Source of the DNA: an uncultured Planctomycetota bacterium
GTDB taxonomy: Bacteria; Planctomycetota; Planctomycetia; Isosphaerales; Isosphaeraceae
Direction: 5' to 3'
Assembly: GCA_963845755.1 (NCBI GenBank)
Contig: CAWJTV010000041.1
Coordinates: forward strand, 544,001 to 608,000
DNA length: 64,000 nt
A program made the position numbers and the translations under genes. The notes under the pieces were generated by a model. The model was not told the DNA's origin. It saw only the letters and a list, made by a program, of their open reading frames with translations, and made no database searches. Below are positions 1-10,615 of the stretch, piece after piece (within the stretch, counting starts at the first letter, position 1; each line of letters begins with the position of its first letter).

Positions 1-1264
1 GCCCGTGCGCGGGGCGGGAAGAAGATCGCCGATCCACCGCGGCGGAGGAACGCCGCGATCGGCTCGCCCGCGGAGCCTTCCGGCAGCGGCGCCTGCCACA
101 GGACCAGGGCGATCTGGTCCCAGTCCACGCCCGCGAGTTGCTCGGGCGCGAGCACCTCCGCCGTGCACGGGACGGCCGGGTCCGGCGCGATGGCCGCGGC
201 CAGTTGGAGTGGTCGCGCCGCCGCCGGGTCCTCGGTCACCACGATCGCCTTCCGCGCCACCGGCTGCTCGAAGACGAACCAGAAGTCGTTATCCGACGGG
301 TTGGCGTCCGCCGGGATCGACACCCGGCCCCAGCCCCGATCCTTGCCTTTTTCCAGCGGGATGCGGTGGTCCTCCAGCTTGCTCTCGGTGCCGGTCAGGT
401 CGACGGCCACCTCGGAGCGGGCGCCGTCGATCTCGAACTGGACCGGCACCGTCTCCTTCGGCGCGTCCTCCGCCCCCTCGTGCGCAGCCGCAAAGAGACG
501 AGCAGCTCGGCGCCGTCGGTCGTCTTCCGGCGGCGGATGTCGGTCACCCGCACCGACAGGTTGCGCGACGGAGCCTGGGGATAAGCCAGCAGGTGGAAGC
601 GCACGCCCTGGGGAAACTCCTGGAAGGCGTCCCGCAGCGCCTGCCATCGGCCGCTTTCGGGGTTCCAGTCGTTGGCCCGGGTATCGGAGCAGATCCAGAT
701 CTCGGTCCGACCGGACTTATTCGCTTTGATGTAGTCCCGCGCCGCCTGCAACATCCCCGGGATATCGGCCGAGGCGCTGACCGGACCGGTGCTCGGCAGC
801 CGCGGCAGATCGGCGATCGACTCCAGCTCGCGCGGCTTGCTCGAGGCACTGTCGATCAGCACCCACCGCGCCGAGCCGAGGGTCGCGAGCGTCCGCGACA
901 ATTGCGACAAGCCCGTTACGAGCTTGGATCCGCCCGTGCCGGCGCCAGTCTGCTGCATGCTGGGCGACCGGTTGACCAGCAGGATCGTCGTGTCAGCCTG
1001 GCCGCCGCCGGCCAGGCCCAGCCAGCCGCCGGCCAGCGGCCGGCTGATCGCGAAGATCATCCCGGCGATCGCCAGCATCCGGACCGCCATGATCAACCAT
1101 TGCCGGATCCGGGCATAGCCGCGCGACATCCGGTTGGCCGCCAGCAGGAACATCATCGCCGCCCATCGGACCGTCTGGTACCGCCGTTGATTGATCAGGT
1201 GGATGATGATCGGCAGCGCCACCAGCGGCAGCGCCAGCAGCAGCATCGGCTGGAGGAAGCTCAT
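1..1264 (-). CDS. BatA N-terminal double-TM / vWA-domain protein (runs off window; frameshift near 470)
   Basis: ORF 395..1264 starts MSFLQPMLLLALPLVALPIIIHLINQRRYQTVRWAAMMFL, the BatA N-terminal motif; follows DUF58 and MoxR. Confidence 0.85.
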
Positions 1265-2172
1265 CGGACCCCCTTCGGACGCGTCCGCCCCACCAGGAAC
1301 CGGATCAGGAGCTGCTCATAAGACTCGTCGATGGAAACCCGGTGGTAATCGACGGCCGACTCGAGCACGACCTGATGCAACGCCTCGAAATAACCCCCCA
1401 GCGCCTTGTGATAGCGCTCGGCAATCTCGTTGGGCTCGGCGAAGATCGCCGGGCCTCCCTCCATGTCGAGGAACCGCATGGGCCGGCGGAACTCGAATTT
1501 CACTTCCTGCGGGTCGAGGAGATGGAACACGGCCGTGTCGTGCTTGCGGAACCGCAGGTGCTGGAAGCACGAACGCAACGGCTCGGGCTCGACGAACATA
1601 TCCGAGAGGATGATGATCAGCGCGCGCTGACGCACGGTCTCGGCCAGCTCGTGCAGTACCGAGACGAGCTGGGTCTCGCCGTGCGGCTTCGCCTGCTCCA
1701 GCACGTCGAAGACGGCCATCAAGTGCGAGGGATTCCGCCGTGGGAGGATGTTGCGCACGATCCCATTGGCGACGCAGGTCAAGCCGACCGCGTCCCCCTG
1801 TTGCAGCGCCAGGTGACCGATGGCTCCGGCGATCCGCCGGGCGTAATCCATCTTCGTAATGCCCACCGTGCCGAAGTCCATCGAGCCGCTGGTATCCAGC
1901 ACCAGGCAGCATCGCAGGTTCGTGTCGGCCTCGAACTCCTTGATGAAGAACCGGTCCGACCGCCCGTAGGCCCGCCAGTCCAGCCGGCGCAGATCGTCGC
2001 CCGGTACGTACTTGCGGTACTCGGCGAACTCCACGCTCGAGCCGCGGTGCGGGCTGGGGTGCCGGCCCGAGACCGACCCCATCATCGGGCGCCGCGCGAA
2101 CAGCGGAAAGTTCGACAGGCGCGCCAGCACCGCCGTATCCAGAAAGCTTCGTGTCTGTCGCTCGGGAAACAT
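1261..2172 (-). CDS. DUF58 domain protein
   Basis: GSSVEFAEYRKYVPGDDLRRLDWRAYGR and vWA-like LDTSGSM; ATG of MFPERQ at 2172. Confidence 0.92.
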   Translation of the reverse strand: MFPERQTRSFLDTAVLARLSNFPLFARRPMMGSVSGRHPSPHRGSSVEFAEYRKYVPGDDLRRLDWRAYGRSDRFFIKEFEADTNLRCCLVLDTSGSMDFGTVGITKMDYARRIAGAIGHLALQQGDAVGLTCVANGIVRNILPRRNPSHLMAVFDVLEQAKPHGETQLVSVLHELAETVRQRALIIILSDMFVEPEPLRSCFQHLRFRKHDTAVFHLLDPQEVKFEFRRPMRFLDMEGGPAIFAEPNEIAERYHKALGGYFEALHQVVLESAVDYHRVSIDESYEQLLIRFLVGRTRPKGVR

Positions 2173-2176
2173 CTTG

Positions 2177-2275
2177 AGTGTTGAGTGGCAAGTGACAAGT
2201 GGCAAGTGACATGCGACAATTGGTTAGCGGCGGAATGGCCGGATTACGTTCTTGCCACTAACCACTTGCCACTAC
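2177..2275. repeat. Inverted heptamer tandem repeats (AAGTGGC/AAGTGAC ... GCCACTA/GCCACTT)
   Basis: gagtggcaagtgacaagtggcaagtgac on the left, gccactaaccacttgccact on the right. Confidence 0.7.
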
Positions 2276-3291
2276 TCCGTCTCCTCCACCAGGCGCCGGA
2301 CGATCTTCTTGGCGTCGATGCCCTCGGCCTGGGCGGCGAAGGTCGTGATGATGCGGTGCGTGAGCACGGGTGCGGCGGCCTCCTGGACGTCCTCGAGCCG
2401 CGCCATGTAGCTGCCGAGCAGCGCCGCGCGGGCCTTGGCGCCCAGGATGAGGTACTGCACGGCGCGCGGGCCTGCCCCCCAGGAGACCAGGGGCTTGAGC
2501 CACGCCGGGGCCGAGGACCCTTGCGGGCGGGTCTTGCGCACCAGGCGGGCCGCGAAGGAGTAAATGTGGTCCGGCACCGGGACCCGGCGCACCAGGCTCT
2601 GATGCCGGAGGATCACCTCCGGAGTCATCAGGTGGTCCAGGGTCGGCAGCGCCTCGCCGGTTGTGGTGCGCGCGATCTGGATCTCCTCGGCTTCCGAGGG
2701 ATAATCCAGCTCGACCAGGAACATGAACCGGTCGAGCTGGGCCTCGGGGAGCGGATAGGTCCCTTCCTGCTCGATCGGGTTCTGGGTCGCCAGCACCAGG
2801 AACGGGGCTTCCAGGTGGAAGACCTTCCCCATCACGGTCACGTTGTATTCCTGCATGGCCTCCAGCAAGGCCGCCTGGGTCTTCGGCGGGGCGCGATTGA
2901 TCTCGTCGGCCAGGACGATGTTGGCGAAGACCGGCCCGTGCACGAACTCGAATTCCCGACGGCCCTGGGCCGAATCCTGGAGGATATCGGTCCCGGTGAT
3001 GTCCATCGGCATCAGGTCCGGCGTGAACGAGATGCGGCTGAACTTCAGCGACATGGTCTCGGCCAGCTTGTTGACCATCAAGGTCTTGGCCAGGCCCGGC
3101 ACACCCATCAGGAGCGCATGACCGCGCGCAAAGAGGCAGATGGCCAGCCGCTCGATGGTGTCCTTCTGGCCCACGATCACCCGTCCCAGCTCCTTCTTGA
3201 GCTGGGCGTAGGAATCCCGCAAATGGTCGATCGCCTGCACGTCGTTTTCGCTGAGCCGATCCTGGGCCGGCACGTCCTCGCGCTGCGACAT
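2272..3291 (-). CDS. moxR: MoxR family AAA+ ATPase
   Basis: GVPGLAKT Walker A, FTPDLMPMDITG, LADEINRAPPKTQAALLEAM, ATQNPIEQEGTYPLPEAQLDRF. Confidence 0.95.
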   Translation of the reverse strand: MSQREDVPAQDRLSENDVQAIDHLRDSYAQLKKELGRVIVGQKDTIERLAICLFARGHALLMGVPGLAKTLMVNKLAETMSLKFSRISFTPDLMPMDITGTDILQDSAQGRREFEFVHGPVFANIVLADEINRAPPKTQAALLEAMQEYNVTVMGKVFHLEAPFLVLATQNPIEQEGTYPLPEAQLDRFMFLVELDYPSEAEEIQIARTTTGEALPTLDHLMTPEVILRHQSLVRRVPVPDHIYSFAARLVRKTRPQGSSAPAWLKPLVSWGAGPRAVQYLILGAKARAALLGSYMARLEDVQEAAAPVLTHRIITTFAAQAEGIDAKKIVRRLVEETE

Positions 3292-3626
3292 GAAAGAATT
3301 CCAGTAGGGATGAGACGGTGGATCAACGCCCGATCGGTGCAACGAGTCCCCACGTCCTGGGTGGGTGTTCTCCGCCAGAGATTCCTGGGCGGCGGATCGA
3401 CGCCCTGGAGGCGAAACGCCCAGGCTCTGACGTTCGTCAATCTTAGCCGTGCCTGGCCGCCAGAGGAAGAGGCTTGAACGAAATCTCTCGGTGAGTCCGC
3501 GCTTGATCGGCGGTGTCGGGTCGGGCCACAATGGCCAGCCATGGGACCAGGTCGAATCCAATGGGAAACCAGGGCCACGGCGTCTCCGGCGGCGGAATGC
3601 CCCGGATTCGCGCCGTGACGATTGCC

Positions 3627-4253
3627 ATGAAAGTGCTGGTCATCGGGGCAACGGGAGGCACCGGCCGCCATGCCGTGCGCATGCTCCTGGAGCGCGGCCA
3701 TGACGTGACCGTCTGGGTGCGCAAGCCGTCGGCGGTCGCTACGGCGAGCGATCGGCTGAGGGTCCTCCCCGGCGAGGCGCGCGATGTCGCGTCGATCGAA
3801 CGGGCCGTGGACGGTCAGGACGCGGTACTGGTCGCCTTCGGTGCGCGATCGCTCAAGAAGGACGATGTGCAAGAAGTGTTCATGCGGCACCTGCTCGCGG
3901 CGATGAAGAAGCACGGAGTCCGGCGGCTCGTCAACCTCTCGGCGTGGGGGTTGAACAATGACCGGGCCGTCACCTCCTCGCGGTTCTTCGAGTATTTCTT
4001 CCGTCCCGTCGTCCTCCGCCATGTCTGGGCCGACAAGCAGCGCGCCGAGGCGCTCTTGACGGCCAGCGGCCTCGATTATGTCAACGTGCAGCCGGGCCGC
4101 CTGCTGAACGCCCCCGCTCGTGGAGGTCTCCGCACATCGCTCGACGGCCGCGGCCTCCGACCGTCGATGACGCGGGAAGACCTCGCGGCCTTCATGGTCG
4201 ATCAGCTCGAGAACGATCAGTGGCTGCGGCAATCCGTCATAGTGGGTTATTGA
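3627..4253 (+). CDS. NAD(P)H-binding oxidoreductase (flavin reductase / BVR-B-like)
   Basis: MKVLVIGATGGTG Rossmann motif, SGLDYVNVQPGRL, MTREDLAAFMV. Confidence 0.88.
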   Translation: MKVLVIGATGGTGRHAVRMLLERGHDVTVWVRKPSAVATASDRLRVLPGEARDVASIERAVDGQDAVLVAFGARSLKKDDVQEVFMRHLLAAMKKHGVRRLVNLSAWGLNNDRAVTSSRFFEYFFRPVVLRHVWADKQRAEALLTASGLDYVNVQPGRLLNAPARGGLRTSLDGRGLRPSMTREDLAAFMVDQLENDQWLRQSVIVGY

Positions 4254-4427
4254 TCGCGGCTGTGATCGGAGGATGTGAATTTCCGGGCTGGCAAGCCGAG
4301 ACCCATCCTCGAACTCATCCGGGATCCCGCCAACCGTCCAGCGCTCCTGGACTCACGCTCTGGTTGACCACCACCAGACAATCCGTGCGGGACCATTGTG
4401 TCCTGGCGAGTCGCATCATTCTCGCAC

Positions 4428-4459
4428 TCCGGGAATCGTCGCCTCCGACGAGGGCACCT
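4428..4459 (+). promoter_or_regulatory. Putative ECF-type autoregulatory promoter, copy 1
   Basis: TCCGGGAATCG-N14-GGCACCT; same motif and spacing at 7492-7523. Confidence 0.6.
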
Positions 4460-4509
4460 CCTTTACAATAGCGGTGCGTTCGGATTCCCGATTCGGAGGG
4501 GCTCTCGCG

Positions 4510-7437
4510 ATGACTCGCACACGATCTACCGACGGTTGGTCCGGTCAGCTAGGCAGGCTCTACAGTCTGGGCAGGGTCGGCGAGTTGACCGATGGACAAC
4601 TTCTGACGCGATTTCTGGGCCGCGACGATCCCGCGGCGTCCGAAGCGGCGTTCGCTGTCCTGGTCGAGCGCCATGGAGCGATGGTATTACGCGTCTGCCA
4701 GGGGATCCTCGGCAACCCGCACGACGCCCAGGACGCGTTCCAGGCCACCTTCCTGTTGCTGGTCCGTAAAGCGGGATCGATTCGAAGCCGTGAGTCGGTC
4801 GCGGAATGGCTATTCAGTATCGCGCGGCGGGTCGCCAATCGGGCGCGCGGTGAGGCCATTCGACGACGTCATCGCTTCGAGGACTTTCAAGCGGAAAGAC
4901 GTGGCTTGCAGGAAGGCGAGGCGGCAGTGATACCTGAGCGTCAGCCGGACTACGGCCCGTTGATGGCCGAGGTCGACCGTTTACCCGAGCGGTTCCGTGC
5001 CCCGGTCGTGTTGCACTACTTCGGGGGTCTGAGCGCGGAAGCCACGGCGCAACGGCTGGGCTGTGCTCGTGGCACCGTACTGTCACGCCTTTCCCGGGCT
5101 CGAAAGCGGATCAAGGCGCGGCTTGAGCAGCACGGGGTGACGTTCACGCCGCTGATCCCCGCTGTGGACGGACTGACCGGCTGGATTCCGCCCGCTCCGG
5201 TGCCGGCCTGGCTGGCACAGACGACCGTCCGCGCCGCCAGCTCGCTGGCCCTGGCCGGCGCGGCGATCGAGAGCGTTGTTCCGGCGACGGTCGTCGCGCT
5301 GTCGCGCGGCGTCGCACGGACGCTGATGCTCGCGAGAGTCCGCGCGATGGCCGCCCTGATGCTCATGGTCGTGGCTGGGGTGTCGATCGGGTTGGCCGCG
5401 ACCTACACGCCCACCGACGAGCCCCGGCGTGCCGCCACGGGACCCAGCACAGCCAACCCGTCTCGCGGCACGATCGCCAGGAGCCAGGCCGTTCAGGCTG
5501 AGGACAAAGTCCAGGGTACTCGGCTCGTCTTCCGCGGCCGGGTGCTCGATCCCGACGGCAAGCCGGTTGCCGGGGCGCCGTTGCTGCTGGGTCTTCCAGT
5601 CGCGGGCCCAGGTGTGTTGCAACCTCCTCAGCAATTGGGAACCAGCGGCGCGGACGGCCATTTCCAGGTCTCGATTGCTCGCGAGAAGATTTACCGAGTG
5701 GGCAGTGAGGCTCTCTATGTCCCCGTGATCGCCGCACTCGCCCCGGGCTTTGGGCCGGATTGGGCCGCGATCGCCCCCAAGACGGCCGGCGCCGAGATCA
5801 CCTTACGACTCCGCCGCGACGACGTGCCGATCGAGGGCCGCGTCATCGGCCTGGAGGGCCAGCCCGTTCGTGACCTGACCGTAACAGTCGGCTCCATCGC
5901 TCAGTTTCCCCCTAAACTGCTGGAGAAGCTGCGAGAGAACGCGGGCAAGATAAATCCCGAGCTCTGGGGCGAGATGCGCGATGGCATCATGCTGGGGAAG
6001 GATGGGCCCATTCCCTCCGTGCGGACCGGACCGGACGGCCGCTTTCGCCTGGCGGGGGTCGGTCGAGACCGGGCGGTGACCCTGTTGATCGAGGGTCCTT
6101 CGATCGAGCAATCGTTTGCGATGGTGCTCACCTCAGCCGACCCCGCGTATCGGCCGCTCCTCCTGCCCGCCGGCGGCGCGGGCGAGCAGCGATTGGAGCG
6201 GCCCCGCTTCGATCTGAGCGTCGCCCCGGGCCGCAGCATCCAGGGTGTGGTCATCGACTTCGACACCCGCAAGCCCATCGCCGGGGCCAAGATCCACTCC
6301 TGGGTCGTCGGCTCGACCACAACCGACGCTCAGGGCAAGTTCCGCATCGGAGGACAGCCGATAGGCCGCGAGAATCGCCTGTCGGTCGAGGTCGTCGGCC
6401 AGCCTTACATCAAGGTCGTCAAGTCGGTCTCGGATCCTTCCGGGGTGGGACCGATCGCTGTCGAGATCACCCTCAAGCGCGGGAGGTGGGTCGAGGGGAA
6501 GGTGAAGAATCGGGCGAACGGAAGCCCGGTCAAAGCGGTCGTCCGGTATTACCCCTTTCGCGACAATCCGCATGTCCAGGAATGCACCGACGGCTCGTTC
6601 CTGAATAACAATGTCTCGGACGAAGTGGACTTCCCCACCGACGCCACAGGCCGCTTCCGCGCCGTGGCCTTGCCCGGTCGCGGTGCGCTCATCGTCTGGG
6701 CCTCCGAGCCTGGCTACGTGTCCGGACGGAAGAGCGACCCCGCCTTGACGGGAAAGGTCTTGAATTATGTTGGGAGATTCCAGTCCCCGATGCATCAGTA
6801 CCAGGCGGCACTCGTCCCGATCGACGTTCCCGCTGATGGCAACCTGACCGTACCCGACGTCGCCCTCGCGCCCGCACGCCCGCAGCATCTCCGGATGATC
6901 GGCCCCGACGGTCAGCCGGTCCCGGGGACGAAGGTCGTTTGTCACCAGCGCCAACCCTTCGCCGATGAGTCGCTGCCCGGCTCCGAGTGCACCTTCATCC
7001 ACCAGGATCCCGGAGAGCCCGAGACCCTCGTGGTCCTCCAGGCCGACCGATCGCTTGGGGCGACACTCGAACTCAAGGGCGACGAGGCCGACCCGTTGCG
7101 CGTGGTGCTCGTTCCTACTGGTCGGATCAGCGGGCGGCTCGTCGACACCGAGGGCCGGCCCCGGTCCAACGTCGGGCTCTCGCTCTCCCATCACCTGAAA
7201 ACACGTGGTGGTTCGATCTCCGCCGATCGGTTCGACCCGGTTTCCACCGGACCCGACGGCCGGTTCCAGTTCCAGAACCTCGTGCCGGGCGTCAAGTACA
7301 ACGTGGAAGTCCTCAAGAAGTACGAGCCGAACTTCTCATTCCGCGCCGAAGGGTACTTGCACAAGAACCAGTGGACCGTCAAATCCGGCGAGACTGAGGA
7401 TTGGGGCGATGTACAGGTCCAGGGCTATCGGCCGTGA
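4510..7437 (+). CDS. ECF sigma-70 factor with TM helix and large carboxypeptidase-regulatory-like C-terminal extension (ECF57-like)
   Basis: LTDGQLLTRF, DAQDAFQATFLLLVRKA, GTVLSRLSRAR, hydrophobic helix, repeated GRVLDPDGKPVAGA and TGPDGRF motifs. Confidence 0.9.
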   Translation: MTRTRSTDGWSGQLGRLYSLGRVGELTDGQLLTRFLGRDDPAASEAAFAVLVERHGAMVLRVCQGILGNPHDAQDAFQATFLLLVRKAGSIRSRESVAEWLFSIARRVANRARGEAIRRRHRFEDFQAERRGLQEGEAAVIPERQPDYGPLMAEVDRLPERFRAPVVLHYFGGLSAEATAQRLGCARGTVLSRLSRARKRIKARLEQHGVTFTPLIPAVDGLTGWIPPAPVPAWLAQTTVRAASSLALAGAAIESVVPATVVALSRGVARTLMLARVRAMAALMLMVVAGVSIGLAATYTPTDEPRRAATGPSTANPSRGTIARSQAVQAEDKVQGTRLVFRGRVLDPDGKPVAGAPLLLGLPVAGPGVLQPPQQLGTSGADGHFQVSIAREKIYRVGSEALYVPVIAALAPGFGPDWAAIAPKTAGAEITLRLRRDDVPIEGRVIGLEGQPVRDLTVTVGSIAQFPPKLLEKLRENAGKINPELWGEMRDGIMLGKDGPIPSVRTGPDGRFRLAGVGRDRAVTLLIEGPSIEQSFAMVLTSADPAYRPLLLPAGGAGEQRLERPRFDLSVAPGRSIQGVVIDFDTRKPIAGAKIHSWVVGSTTTDAQGKFRIGGQPIGRENRLSVEVVGQPYIKVVKSVSDPSGVGPIAVEITLKRGRWVEGKVKNRANGSPVKAVVRYYPFRDNPHVQECTDGSFLNNNVSDEVDFPTDATGRFRAVALPGRGALIVWASEPGYVSGRKSDPALTGKVLNYVGRFQSPMHQYQAALVPIDVPADGNLTVPDVALAPARPQHLRMIGPDGQPVPGTKVVCHQRQPFADESLPGSECTFIHQDPGEPETLVVLQADRSLGATLELKGDEADPLRVVLVPTGRISGRLVDTEGRPRSNVGLSLSHHLKTRGGSISADRFDPVSTGPDGRFQFQNLVPGVKYNVEVLKKYEPNFSFRAEGYLHKNQWTVKSGETEDWGDVQVQGYRP

Positions 7438-7491
7438 CGAGCGGGCCGGTAGCCAGGCGGCGAGATCGCCAGCGCATTCGATTCTTCCGAA

Positions 7492-7523
7492 TCCGTGAAT
7501 CGCCAAGGGGTGTCGCGGCACTT
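7492..7523 (+). promoter_or_regulatory. Putative ECF-type autoregulatory promoter, copy 2
   Basis: TCCGTGAATCG-N14-GGCACTT upstream of the paralogous ECF gene. Confidence 0.6.
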
Positions 7524-7574
7524 TATCATGGCGTTTGACGAGAGTCTCCCCGATCCTGACGCAGGACTCGCGCT

Positions 7575-10480
7575 ATGGAAAATGCCCGATCGAGCCCCGA
7601 CCTGGGCAGTCAGCTCGCGGCGATCTACAAGCTGGGTGCGGCCGGGACCTTGACCGATGGCCAGCTCCTGGAACGGTTTCTGGCTCGGACGGATGCGGCG
7701 GCGTCCGAGGCCGCCTTCACCGCTCTGGTCGACCGTCACGGTGCGATGGTCCTGGGCGTCTGCCGGCAGCTCCTGAGCGACCCGAACGACGCCCACGACG
7801 CCTTCCAGGCCACGTTCCTCATTCTGGTGAGCAAGGCCGGCTCGATCCGACGTCGCGAGGCGGTTGGGGGCTGGCTGTTCGGCATCGCGCGGCGGGTTGC
7901 GGCGCGGCGCAGGTCGAGGCCGCGCGGCGCCGCCGTCAGCTTCGGGAACTCTCCGAAAACTCGCCCGTCTCGCGCGTCGATGTCGAGGTCGGGACGGCCT
8001 TCTCCGCCGAGCCCGACTATGGCCCCCTGATCGCCGAGGTCGACCGTCTTCCCGAGCAGCTTCGCTCGCCGGTCGTGCTGCACTACTTCGAGGGCCTGAG
8101 TACCGAGGCCACCGCACAGCGACTGGGCTGCCCACGCGGCACGGTGTTATCGCGGCTCTCGCGGGCACGCAGCCGGATCAAGTCGCGGCTGGAGCGGCAA
8201 GGCGTGTCGTTCTCGGCGTTGATTCCCGCGGGCGAGGGACTGATCCGCTGGATTCCGCCCGCGTCGGTGCCGGCCTGGCTGTTGCAGACCACCGTCCGGT
8301 CCGCCAGGCGCTGGCCCTGGCCAGCGCGGCGATCGAGAACGTGGTCCCCGCGGCAGTCGCCACGCTCTCGCGCGGCGTCGTCCGCACCCTGCTGCTTTCC
8401 AGGATCCGCGCGGCGGCAGCCGTGATCGTTCTGACCGTGGCGGGCGTGTCGATCGGGCTCGCAGCGACGTTCCGCTCCAGCCGACGAGCCCCGACAGGCC
8501 GCCAGGGGACCGGAAATGCCGCGCCCTCAGCGCAGCCAGGCCGCGAAGAACGAGACATCCCGATCTGAGGAGAAAGCCATGGGCGAACGGTTCGAATATG
8601 CGGGACTCGTCCTCGATCCCGAGGGAAAGCCCGTCGCCGGAGCGAACCTGCACCTGACCTATTACGGCGATCGAGAGCAAGCCACACCGATCCGGGCAAC
8701 GAGCGACGTCCAGGGCCGGTTCCGTTTCACGGTGACGAAGCGCGATTTCAACGATACGGACGCGAAAGAGCCGTGGACCTGGTCCAAGGTGGTCGCGAGC
8801 GCCCCGGGATTCGGGCCTGGCTGGGCCGCCCCCGTCAACGAGAACGGGAAGAGGGTTGGCCCGCACGAGTTGTCGATCCGGCTGGCGAGAGACGATGTAC
8901 CCATCGAGGGCCGCATCGTCAACCTGGAGGGCCGCGCGGTTTCCGGCGCGTCGATTCGTCCACGACGCATCCTCGAGCCGGAACGCGGCGACCTCTCGGC
9001 CTGGGCCCTTGCGGCGAAGAACGGCAAGGAGGGTGCCATCAAGTCGGAACAAACCTACCTGACCCACACGATTTCGGCCGAAGGCTCGGGCCTTACCGCG
9101 ACATTCACGTCGGACGCCGAGGGACGGTTCTCGATCCGGGGTATCGGAAGGGAGCGCGTGATCGAGCTGGAGATCGCCGGACCAACGGTCCAGACGAAGC
9201 AGATCTGCGTCCTGACCCGAACCGTCAACCCGTTCCAGGTCAATGCCGGACCAGGCAGCCCGGACTGGGGCATCACCCTTTATTACGGCGCACGCTTTAC
9301 CCACGCCGCGGCACCGACCAAGCCGGTGATCGGCCTCGTCAAGGACAGGGACACGGGCAGGCCCCTGGCTGGCGTGCGAATCGCCTGCAACCGGACGGCC
9401 GAGTTCCCCAACCTCGGTATCCATGGCAGCGAGGCGACCACCGACCGGGATGGACGCTATCGGCTGGTCGGCCTCCCCAAAGGGCATGGCAACCATGTCC
9501 TCGCCATCCCGGCCAAGGGGCAGTTCTATCTCGCCTCGTGGATGGAGGTCCCGGACACGCCAGGTCTCGATCCCGTCGTGCTCGACATCGGACTCAAGCG
9601 CGGGGTCGTGATCGAGGGACGGGTCACGGACAAGGACACCGGCGCACCGCTCAAGGCATTTGTCGAATACAACGCCTTCCGGGACAATCCTCACCTGGCC
9701 GAGGCGCCGGGCTTCGAACGGGCGTTGGTCCATGGTCGATATCAAACCGAGCCCGACGGGAGTTTCCGCATCGTCGGCCTGCCCGGCCGCGGCCTGGTCT
9801 CCGCGGTCTTCCTCGGCAGGAGCGATCAGTACCTGGAGTGGATCGGTTTGGGGGGAATTCCCAGGGAGGTCCCCTTGGTCCCAAATGGCTTGCCGTTGGG
9901 GTTCAACACTTTTTCGGAGATCGAACCGTCGACGTATGCGATGACCGTCCATTGCGATCTCCGGCTCGAACGCGGAATCGCACAAAACCTCCGCGTCGTG
10001 GACCCACAAGGCCAGCCGACTGCGGGCGCACGGATTCACGGCCATATCCACACCAGCGACTGGAGCCAACCTCAAGCGACGGCCGAGTTTCGCGTCGAGG
10101 GCCTGCGCCGCGGCGAGACGCGCCGGCTGCTCGCCCTTCTCGAGGACCGACGGCTCGCGGGCTGGGTCGAGTTTCGCGCCGATGGACAGGAAACCGTCGA
10201 GCTGAAGCTCCAGCCGTGGGCGACGGTCGTCGGCCGTCTGGTGGACGCGGACGGCGACCCACAGCCCCACGTCGATCTCGTTCCGCGTCCACGCTACGAG
10301 GACACCTTCACGACCGATTCCATGGGGCGGTTTCGCATCGAGGGACTCGCACCCGGAGAACCGATCGAGATCTGGGTTTCTCCCATGGTCGGTTTCTTGT
10401 CGGGTAAGATCGTCGAAGGGCGAGTGCTTGCAGTGGGCGAGATCAAAGACCTGGGTGACGTGAAGGAGGCAAGACCCTGA
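7575..10480 (+). CDS. Paralogous extended ECF sigma factor (several frameshifts)
   Basis: Pieces in ORFs 7575..8030, 7535..8425, 7864..8568 and 8516..10480 align collinearly with 4510..7437 (PDYGPL.AEVDRLPE, RDDVPIEGR, FRDNPH). Confidence 0.85.
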
Positions 10481-10615
10481 TCTGGGACAAACCAAACCGA
10501 GGCCCTGACCTCTCGTCGGAACGACCGGCTCTGCCGGGCCGCCGGACATATTTTTTTCGGAAAGTTGAGAGAAAACACGTCGAAGCACCCTCTTAATATC
10601 TGGAGGGGAAGACTG

